In this document: one piece after another, positions 58,096 to 64,000 of the stretch
Numbering within the stretch: position 1 is the stretch's first letter
Layout: each line of letters begins with the position of its first letter
IMG/VR virus record: IMGVR_UViG_3300017589_000080
Location: 11,012-75,011 of that record
Reading direction: 5' to 3' (one strand)
Origin: a virus
Lineage: Duplodnaviria; Caudoviricetes
DNA: 64,000 bases
The notes under the pieces: model-generated
The model's input: only the letters and a program-made list of their open reading frames with translations
What the model was told of the DNA's origin: nothing
Database searches by the model: none
Program-made: the position numbers and the translations under genes

Positions 58096-58467
58096 TTACT
58101 TCTCCATTCGAATAAAAATTTTTATTATCTCATAAGTTATCTCACTCCCAGCAGATCTGAGTTCAGCTACAAAATCCTCAATTGTGAAGATAAGGGCTTC
58201 AGTGCAGATATACATGGCTTGAGCTAAAGACTTATTGGTAAGCAATTCCTCATGGAAACTTGAATATGGACTAAACTTAATATAAGGGGACATTAAGTCA
58301 TGTAAAATTCTTCTGTCTTGATCAGAAATTATAAGGCTTACAGTGTAATAAGTTTCTTTGTCTGATGAAATACTTCCTCTTCCACGAGGTGGATTATAAG
58401 GAGGTTTTGCTGGTATATTAACATCTGGTTTAGTTGGTGGTAATCCTTTATTTTTAAAGCTTTTCAT
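58096..58467 (-). CDS. Hypothetical protein
   Basis: Pro-rich N-terminus; coupled to its neighbours. Confidence 0.6.
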   Translation of the reverse strand: MKSFKNKGLPPTKPDVNIPAKPPYNPPRGRGSISSDKETYYTVSLIISDQDRRILHDLMSPYIKFSPYSSFHEELLTNKSLAQAMYICTEALIFTIEDFVAELRSAGSEITYEIIKIFIRMEK

Positions 58468-58748
58468 TACTCCACACTCTCAAATGCTTTTACAAATTCA
58501 TCATTAGGTACTGAAAAGTATTTTCCTCGAGATCCTTTCACAATCCAGTCACCGTCTTCTAGTCCTACTTTGCCAACAAGAGTGTTAATAACAGGATTTT
58601 GTGCAGTCATCGTATTAGGATTTCCTTCGTCTCTAAGATCTCCATCGACCATGGGATAAGCATCATGTCTGTTGTAGACAAACGTTTCATAATCAAATTG
58701 AATTGCTTCAATAACTTCAGGGGTCTTTCTGAACTTTTTAAATTCCAT
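58467..58748 (-). CDS. Conserved phage protein of the K..P.VIEAIQF / GDW..KG family (possible nucleotide sponge)
   Basis: MEFKKFRKTPEVIEAIQF...INTLVG...DGDWIVKGSRGKYF...F.K.FE.V; start moved to 58748 after GAGGTG. Confidence 0.7.
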   Translation of the reverse strand: MEFKKFRKTPEVIEAIQFDYETFVYNRHDAYPMVDGDLRDEGNPNTMTAQNPVINTLVGKVGLEDGDWIVKGSRGKYFSVPNDEFVKAFESVE

Positions 58749-58749
58749 T

Positions 58750-59010
58750 CTACACCTCTTCATAAATTTGCTCAAATAATAATGCTGGACATATATCAAG
58801 TCTTCCGTCTTTAAACTTTAAAACCCAATCAGTGTCTCTTGCTCTTTTTAAACCATTCTTGTCACAGATTGTTAGTAATGATCTTCCCTCTAAATCGTGA
58901 TCAACAAGCAAAGATCTCTCTTCAGTAAGATTCTCAATTTCTTTGATATTATTACCTGTAAACTGTATTGCATCAATAATAAGTGTCGCTCTTTGTTTGT
59001 ACTTACTCAT
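58750..59010 (-). CDS. Divergent paralog of 58467
   Basis: MSKYKQR..IIDAIQFTGNN...G...R.TDWVLK..DG....C...FEQIYEEV. Confidence 0.65.
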   Translation of the reverse strand: MSKYKQRATLIIDAIQFTGNNIKEIENLTEERSLLVDHDLEGRSLLTICDKNGLKRARDTDWVLKFKDGRLDICPALLFEQIYEEV

Positions 59011-59212
59011 CTTTTTCACCAATGTACTCAGAGATCTTCTTTGAAAACTTGTCCAGACAAGAGTTGCAGATGTAAACGCACATTGCATTACGATTCATTC
59101 CAAGTTCAATAACGCTAAGTACTTCTCTTCCACTGTTCATTTCCCCACAAACATTACATCGTCTTATCTCTGACGGATCAATTCTTTTAACTTCCATTAT
59201 TGTACTGTTCAT
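59003..59212 (-). CDS. Zinc-ribbon protein
   Basis: CNVC...ICNSC. Confidence 0.65.
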   Translation of the reverse strand: MNSTIMEVKRIDPSEIRRCNVCGEMNSGREVLSVIELGMNRNAMCVYICNSCLDKFSKKISEYIGEKDE

Positions 59213-59221
59213 TATATCTCC

Positions 59222-59419
59222 TTAGTTCTTCCTGCTATAACTGCTACATTGTGAGTAATCTTCTCGATCATAGCATGTACAGTGACCATGTGGATAACAT
59301 CCTGAAGGAATTCCAAGAAGAGGATCTCTAGTACATGTACCATCTGACATCTTGTATCTGCAAACTATCTTCTCTTGCTCAATCCTGAGATTCTTGTAAT
59401 ACTCAGAATCATACTTCAT
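59222..59419 (-). CDS. Small protein with one five-Cys repeat
   Basis: C-x8-C-x17-CTC-x5-Y-x2-C-x2-Y; start probably MKYD at 59419, overlapping the end of the upstream gene. Confidence 0.65.
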   Translation of the reverse strand: MKYDSEYYKNLRIEQEKIVCRYKMSDGTCTRDPLLGIPSGCYPHGHCTCYDREDYSQCSSYSRKN

Positions 59420-60125
59420 TAGTTCCCTCAACATTTCTCATTTCTCTATCAAGTGTCCTCTTTCTCAATCTAAGAAGAACATTCTCAAGTTCAGTTATTG
59501 CAAGTGCATTATCTCTACATGAGAACTCACCATTTTGGAATGCTTCTAATCTTGTTAGAACCATTAGTAACAGATCTTCATTTGCAACGCCATTAACTCC
59601 AAACTCTTTAATTGGACCTTCTTGGAATTTAACTTTTGCAAACACTTCTCCGCCATTTTCTTCAGCCTTGCAGACTACAAAGTCATGCGGAGCATTTCCA
59701 AATTCTTTTTGCACATTAGACTCATGCAAAACTCGAGTGTATTTGGATGTACATAAACAATTCTTTACTTCAGTATAACCATGAGCAACTTTCATGTTCA
59801 TGTAAGTCTCTTTTAGACCACCAATTGGACGAAATTGATTACACATCTCATATTCATGATCTGAGATACATGCACACTTGTTGCCACCATTTATCATACC
59901 ACTTGGTCTCGAGAATATTGTGGCTTCACAATATCTACTATGTTCATTAAGATAACTGCAGGAGATTTTAGATTTATTCACGCTTATGTCCTCTTTCTTC
60001 TTATATTTATTACAAAACTCATACCCCTTTGGACTGTAACATCTACATTCACCAGTTCTAGAACTTCCAGATGATCCAACAATTCTGCACTTACCTGAAA
60101 GTGTCTCATACTCACATCTTTCCAT
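59409..60125 (-). CDS. tad1: Tad1-family anti-Thoeris/anti-CBASS sponge with N-terminal tandem five-Cys repeats
   Basis: C-terminal about 125 aa: SKYTRVLHE...APHDF...FQEGPIKE.GVNGV.NEDLL.MVL.RLEAFQ...CRDNA.AIT.LE...LRKRT..RE.RNVEGT matches Tad1 as I recall it. Confidence 0.85.
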   Translation of the reverse strand: MERCEYETLSGKCRIVGSSGSSRTGECRCYSPKGYEFCNKYKKKEDISVNKSKISCSYLNEHSRYCEATIFSRPSGMINGGNKCACISDHEYEMCNQFRPIGGLKETYMNMKVAHGYTEVKNCLCTSKYTRVLHESNVQKEFGNAPHDFVVCKAEENGGEVFAKVKFQEGPIKEFGVNGVANEDLLLMVLTRLEAFQNGEFSCRDNALAITELENVLLRLRKRTLDREMRNVEGTNEV

Positions 60126-60307
60126 TATTCCTCCTCAAAACAATCACAATCTTCATAGTCCTCATCAGTTTCACATTGGCAGTAACCAAATCCATCAGCT
60201 CCACTAGCAATGAAAAACCCTAATTGACTTTTTCTACAATTACCAAAAATTATCATCTCATTCTCACATTCTAAATTATAAGACATTAGGATCTTCCTCC
60301 GAACCAC
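60125..60307 (-). CDS. Small protein with one five-Cys repeat
   Basis: C-x9-C-x18-CQC-x5-Y-x2-C-x2-F; stop overlaps the next start. Confidence 0.65.
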   Translation of the reverse strand: MVRRKILMSYNLECENEMIIFGNCRKSQLGFFIASGADGFGYCQCETDEDYEDCDCFEEE

Positions 60308-60614
60308 ATAAGATTAGTTTTTGTCCAATACCTGTTCCAAGTTCACATTCAAAATGATCAAAGTGTTCTTTACAAACATATCCCCACAATGTTCCAATGC
60401 TTCTTAATTGAGCATCATATTCTGCAGGCTTTCCACAGCCATCAATACAACAAACTGGAATTCTTGTAACAACTGCAGCAATTATATTCTCTTCTTCATC
60501 ATCTGTACTGTCTTCACAGCAGTCTTCGCACAAAACCATACTGTTACTATAACTCATGTTGTCGTGACCAATTGCATCCAAGTCTCTCCCACAAATTGAA
60601 CATCTTATTGCCAT
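60276..60614 (-). CDS. Two-zinc-finger protein
   Basis: CSIC...CEDC and C.IDGC...CKEH; first gene after motif copy 2. Confidence 0.7.
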   Translation of the reverse strand: MAIRCSICGRDLDAIGHDNMSYSNSMVLCEDCCEDSTDDEEENIIAAVVTRIPVCCIDGCGKPAEYDAQLRSIGTLWGYVCKEHFDHFECELGTGIGQKLILCGSEEDPNVL

Positions 60615-60621
60615 TTTAATT

Positions 60622-60665
60622 CCTCCATTATTTAAGTATTTTTTACTTACACAATTAACAACGTT
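60622..60665 (-). promoter_or_regulatory. Conserved promoter/operator plus RBS motif, copy 2
   Basis: Reverse strand reads AACGTTGTTAATTGTGTAAGTAAAAAATACTTAAATAATGGAGG (41/44 identical to copy 1). Confidence 0.8.
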
Positions 60666-60682
60666 TAAAAGAATTTAAAACA

Positions 60683-61024
60683 TCAAACCAGATTAACATA
60701 CTTTTTATCAATATTTCCCTCATAGATAAAGTATGGATTATCTGGATCATAAATATGTTCATCATCGAATTCAACACCATCGTCATCATGCCAGTACTCT
60801 CGCCAATCATGAAGTCTGTTGGTATCTGGTATTGTTACTCTAAACATAAAACCACCCTTATTAAATGGAACTGGGTTACTCATCAGATAAACACAGTAGT
60901 CATCATCTGCTGTTAGACCATTATTTAGAACATAATCTTTCACTCTCTCACTTTCAACCCAGTGATATAAAAATTCAATCTCGTCAACATCAGTAATCTG
61001 CTCTTCATTTATAACTTTTATCAT
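60683..61024 (-). CDS. Putative ART/Tpt1(KptA)-like fold protein
   Basis: LYHW...VLNNGL...VYLM...G..FRV.IP...YEGNI layout resembles the NAD-binding domain of Tpt1/ART proteins; MIKVINEE leader. Confidence 0.45.
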   Translation of the reverse strand: MIKVINEEQITDVDEIEFLYHWVESERVKDYVLNNGLTADDDYCVYLMSNPVPFNKGGFMFRVTIPDTNRLHDWREYWHDDDGVEFDDEHIYDPDNPYFIYEGNIDKKYVNLV

Positions 61025-61227
61025 TAGTCTTCCTCTCTGTCAAAGAATGCGATACATGCTTTACAAGTATCATGTGGCTCATCATTTGTATCACTACAGA
61101 CATAACCTTGACATAAATTATCTTCAACAAGAGGACAACCAATTCCCCAATCATAAACTGCTAGTTGTATCAATTTACAATTACCAATTGTTTCCTCTAC
61201 TTCAGGTGTCATATTACTTAATTCCAT
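61024..61227 (-). CDS. Cys-rich hypothetical protein
   Basis: GGAG RBS; six Cys including CKAC. Confidence 0.6.
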   Translation of the reverse strand: MELSNMTPEVEETIGNCKLIQLAVYDWGIGCPLVEDNLCQGYVCSDTNDEPHDTCKACIAFFDREED

Positions 61228-61236
61228 TCTGTCTCC

Positions 61237-61380
61237 TTAAATAAATGCAAAATACAGAGCAACCATTACAACTGGTATAGCTGAGTGAGCAATAACAGGA
61301 TACTTAAACTTAGTAAGAACTGCAATAGTTGTTAAAGTAAGTGCAATGCCAGAACAAATAATTGAAATAGTGTCATTCAT
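61237..61380 (-). CDS. Small two-helix membrane peptide (not in ORF track)
   Basis: MNDTISIICSGIALTLTTIAVLTKFKYPVIAHSAIPVVMVALYFAFI; start overlaps the YopX stop and it exactly fills the gap. Confidence 0.65.
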   Translation of the reverse strand: MNDTISIICSGIALTLTTIAVLTKFKYPVIAHSAIPVVMVALYFAFI

Positions 61381-61835
61381 TACCAGTTACCAAAAGAAGC
61401 ATCAGAAATTATCTTCTCCCCATCTTGAACATTTGAAATAACTCTAACATGATCACACCAATCATACAAGTCAAATGTCTCGCCACTGTATATTTCTTGA
61501 ACTACCCATTTCCCATATTCATCACCCCACATTACAGTTCCAGTATCCACAAGATCTTCACCATTTGGACCTTCTGAATAGTATGTTCCTAATAAAATAT
61601 CTTTATCATAGATATCAACCTTCTCTTCAGTGTCATCTTTTAATCCTGTACATCTTGACACTGTCTCCTCAATTATATTAACTAATTCAAGACTACCATC
61701 TCCAAGATTCTGATGTATAATAGATGGACCAGACTCATGTTCAACAAAGTAGCCAAACACCCAATTCTCATTTACATCCTGTACGTTGACAACTCTCTTT
61801 GCTTTGCATTTTAACAAATCTCTATTCATTAACAT
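61380..61835 (-). CDS. YopX family protein
   Basis: KCKAK...WVFG...ETVSRCTGLKD...IYDKDIL...V.W...VISNV. Confidence 0.85.
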   Translation of the reverse strand: MLMNRDLLKCKAKRVVNVQDVNENWVFGYFVEHESGPSIIHQNLGDGSLELVNIIEETVSRCTGLKDDTEEKVDIYDKDILLGTYYSEGPNGEDLVDTGTVMWGDEYGKWVVQEIYSGETFDLYDWCDHVRVISNVQDGEKIISDASFGNW

Positions 61836-62083
61836 CTCCCCATTTCTTCGAGTTCTTCTTTTGTAATTTCTTTCAAGTCAAGATGAAACATAATATTAGA
61901 AGCTAAGTGACTTGCTGTATCCCATTGATCTAGATCTCTCATAAGTTCTACAACAACATTATAAAGAACTCTTACTTGTTCTTCTAAGCTCTCTATCCTA
62001 CATTGTTCATCAGTTTTTACCTTTTTATAATCATTAACTTTTATTGATGCAGTTCTTATATCTTCTTTTAAATCATTAGACAT
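61829..62083 (-). CDS. Hypothetical protein
   Basis: Coupled ORF, coiled-coil-like. Confidence 0.6.
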   Translation of the reverse strand: MSNDLKEDIRTASIKVNDYKKVKTDEQCRIESLEEQVRVLYNVVVELMRDLDQWDTASHLASNIMFHLDLKEITKEELEEMGRC

Positions 62084-62085
62084 AC

Positions 62086-62283
62086 TCAGACACCTTCATC
62101 CTTCTCCAGCTCTAGATATAATTTAGCTAGATCTGATCTAACAGATACCAGTGTTAATATCTTTTCAGTAGTTGCTTCCACTTCTTCAACAGTACTGCAA
62201 GCTTCTAATAAGTCTGCAATTTCATCTAATACTTTTTGAAAAGACTTGTTGTCAATAATATTAGTTACTTCTTCTTTAGTCAT
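62086..62283 (-). CDS. Hypothetical protein
   Basis: GGAGGA RBS 7 nt before ATG 62283; the track extension to 62388 is probably non-coding. Confidence 0.6.
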   Translation of the reverse strand: MTKEEVTNIIDNKSFQKVLDEIADLLEACSTVEEVEATTEKILTLVSVRSDLAKLYLELEKDEGV

Positions 62284-62350
62284 AATCATATCCTCCAATA
62301 TTTTTATTTTATTGTAATAGCTAAAACAATTAAGATAACAACAAAGTATA

Positions 62351-62572
62351 TCAAATTTTATAGGTCTCAACATTTGGTTTTGAATCAACTATTGTAAATT
62401 CTGTTAGCTCAAGAAGACCTCTCTTGCCTTCTTCATTTTCAACATCATATTCTACTTCAACAATTACACTTGGATCTTCAGGTTCTGGTTCTCTTCTTGA
62501 CCTTACTTCTGTATAATTAGATAAAATTCTTTCAACCTCTTCCATGTAGAAGCTTTTAAAACCATCAATCAT
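62351..62572 (-). CDS. Hypothetical protein
   Basis: Coupled to the upstream stop; acidic. Confidence 0.55.
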   Translation of the reverse strand: MIDGFKSFYMEEVERILSNYTEVRSRREPEPEDPSVIVEVEYDVENEEGKRGLLELTEFTIVDSKPNVETYKI

Positions 62573-62868
62573 TAGTATCTTACCCCTTTATTTGTAACTG
62601 ACAGAGACCTGAAATTAGCCACGCCTTTTAGACCTGTTCCAACAGACTCATAAACAAGAGTTATAGAATCATCATTGATTTTAGTTTCAACGATACTTAT
62701 ACTCTTGTCATTTAGAAACTTATAGAAAGGAGTTTTTGCAATCTTAACCATATTTCCTTTAGAATTTACAAATGATAATAAATTATTGTATCTTTTGTTC
62801 TTATCTATTCCATTGTATTTCCAACTGCCAAAGTCATAGTTGTTCCTTTGTTCTTCAATATCTGTCAT
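62572..62868 (-). CDS. Hypothetical protein
   Basis: GAGG RBS, 98 aa. Confidence 0.6.
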   Translation of the reverse strand: MTDIEEQRNNYDFGSWKYNGIDKNKRYNNLLSFVNSKGNMVKIAKTPFYKFLNDKSISIVETKINDDSITLVYESVGTGLKGVANFRSLSVTNKGVRY

Positions 62869-62896
62869 TTCATAACCTCTCTTTACTTATTAATTT

Positions 62897-62934
62897 AAAT
62901 TGGGGAGATGCTATAAACCACACCTCCCCAATTT
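62897..62934 (-). terminator. GC-rich hairpin, probable terminator or attenuator
   Basis: AAATTGGGGAG / CTCCCCAATTT 11-bp perfect stem. Confidence 0.6.
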
Positions 62935-63037
62935 TGTTATCTATTTTCTTGCAGACAATACAAGAATACCAATTATAGCGACTACAACTTGGAATATTAT
63001 ATATTTTAAGAAAAACCCAAGTACTGAAGCCATTAGT

Positions 63038-63253
63038 CTAGTCGTTTTCTATTCTTTTAGCATGTTTGATGTAAATAAATCTTTTAGTTGGAACTCCATC
63101 TTCAATAACAACGTATGAATTCTTGTTCCATTTGTCTCCCCACATAACATCGAACTGTTCTCCAATTCTATTCATATACCATGTAGCATAACTACCACCA
63201 ACACTTGGAATAACTTCTACTTTGAATACAATCTTTTCAGCTTTACCACCCAT
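63038..63253 (-). CDS. Hypothetical protein
   Basis: First gene after motif copy 3; AAGGAG RBS. Confidence 0.65.
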   Translation of the reverse strand: MGGKAEKIVFKVEVIPSVGGSYATWYMNRIGEQFDVMWGDKWNKNSYVVIEDGVPTKRFIYIKHAKRIEND

Positions 63254-63260
63254 AATAATT

Positions 63261-63303
63261 CTCCTTTATTTAAGTATTTTATACTTACATAATTAACAAC
63301 GTT
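63261..63303 (-). promoter_or_regulatory. Conserved promoter/operator plus RBS motif, copy 3
   Basis: Reverse strand reads AACGTTGTTAATTATGTAAGTATAAAATACTTAAATAAAGGAG. Confidence 0.8.
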
Positions 63304-63325
63304 ACAGAGTGGTAAAAACATCTAA

Positions 63326-63730
63326 TTATTTACATGACCATTCAACAAAGCAGAAGTCTTCAATCATTACAAATCTGTCTTTGATAAAATGTCCAAACCC
63401 ACAAACTTTTCCATCATTAACAATAACTCTGATAGGAGTGTTAGTAAGAGCACTTAATGAGTATCCATCTTCTTCGCTAAGATCTAAAAACTGCATTATA
63501 AATCTAAGCATGAATCCAATATTTTTTGTATTGTTCCTGTTGGATATTACATAATGACTATCACAAATCAGAGTGAGCATTGGGACATCACCAAAATGAC
63601 CAATAAACTTTATTGTAGCATCAATTATTACTTCATTCTCGATTGTATATCCACAGTTAGCACCAATAATATCTTGCTTAGTGTAGATCTTACAAGGCAT
63701 TCTATTAAATTCATTAGTCATTATTAGCAC
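63326..63730 (-). CDS. Hypothetical protein
   Basis: 134-aa ORF with a GAAGGTG RBS-like context; G..HFIKD C-terminal motif. Confidence 0.6.
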   Translation of the reverse strand: MLIMTNEFNRMPCKIYTKQDIIGANCGYTIENEVIIDATIKFIGHFGDVPMLTLICDSHYVISNRNNTKNIGFMLRFIMQFLDLSEEDGYSLSALTNTPIRVIVNDGKVCGFGHFIKDRFVMIEDFCFVEWSCK

Positions 63731-63998
63731 CTTCTCTCATTGAAATATAGTTAAGAATACATGAAACTGTTTTACCATGATCATTATTGTTTACTTCTCT
63801 TAATAGATCTATCTCTCTTGAAGCTAGACTACTTTTCATCTTCTTCGTAACATCTACAATATGAGAATCATTAATACTGCCAAGCAGTAAAGAAAAATTA
63901 CCAGATGTAAGTAACATTATGTCCATAGTAGACATTGTCCAAGTGGCTTCATTAATATACCCATTGTAAGTGATATAATAGTACTTCGTTCCAATCTC
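63714..63998 (-). CDS. Hypothetical protein, 3' part (starts outside window)
   Basis: Frame stays open from 63935 to the window end (EIGTKYYYITYNGYINEATWT-MST...). Confidence 0.55.
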   Translation of the reverse strand, partial: EIGTKYYYITYNGYINEATWTMSTMDIMLLTSGNFSLLLGSINDSHIVDVTKKMKSSLASREIDLLREVNNNDHGKTVSCILNYISMREGANND

Positions 63999-64000
63999 TG

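Noticed and set aside
61024-61227. Fifth copy of the five-Cys repeat
   Set aside because: Cys-rich but lacks the C-x-C-x5-Y-x2-C spacing.
1-64000. tRNA genes, CRISPR arrays, integrase/transposase, alternative genetic code
   Set aside because: No cloverleaf or repeat-spacer pattern in the intergenic gaps, no recombinase motifs, and conserved genes are intact under the standard code.

Overview
AT-rich segment of a large tailed dsDNA phage with a contractile tail and a T4-like (gp20/gp21/gp23/gp18/gp19/gp25/gp6-type) virion module. The host is probably a Clostridia/Firmicutes species, inferred from GGAGG ribosome-binding sites, an M15/PG-binding endolysin, an LL-H-like holin, a dockerin domain and Tad1. 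The + strand (1-57384) carries the 3' end of the large terminase, about 20 kb of tail-fibre/receptor-binding genes, the endolysin, a portal with a mini-intein, putative packaged head proteins, protease, major capsid, neck, sheath, tube, tail chaperone, tape measure, baseplate and a holin. The - strand (57438-64000) carries small early/accessory genes converging on a bidirectional terminator. Most notable: (1) a dockerin plus PG-binding protein encoded right after the tape measure; (2) a Tad1 immune-signal sponge fused to two copies of a five-cysteine repeat that also forms both flanking genes, inside a candidate counter-defence operon; (3) a start-less ORF after the gp26-like chaperone, suggesting a +1 frameshift at TTC-TTT-CGA; (4) a shared MI(R/K)xxxE N-terminal leader on several proteins, two of them ADP-ribosyltransferase-like; (5) a 44-nt promoter/operator motif in three copies. 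All family calls come from reading motifs by eye; no database searches were run. No tRNA, rRNA, CRISPR array, integrase or transposase was seen.
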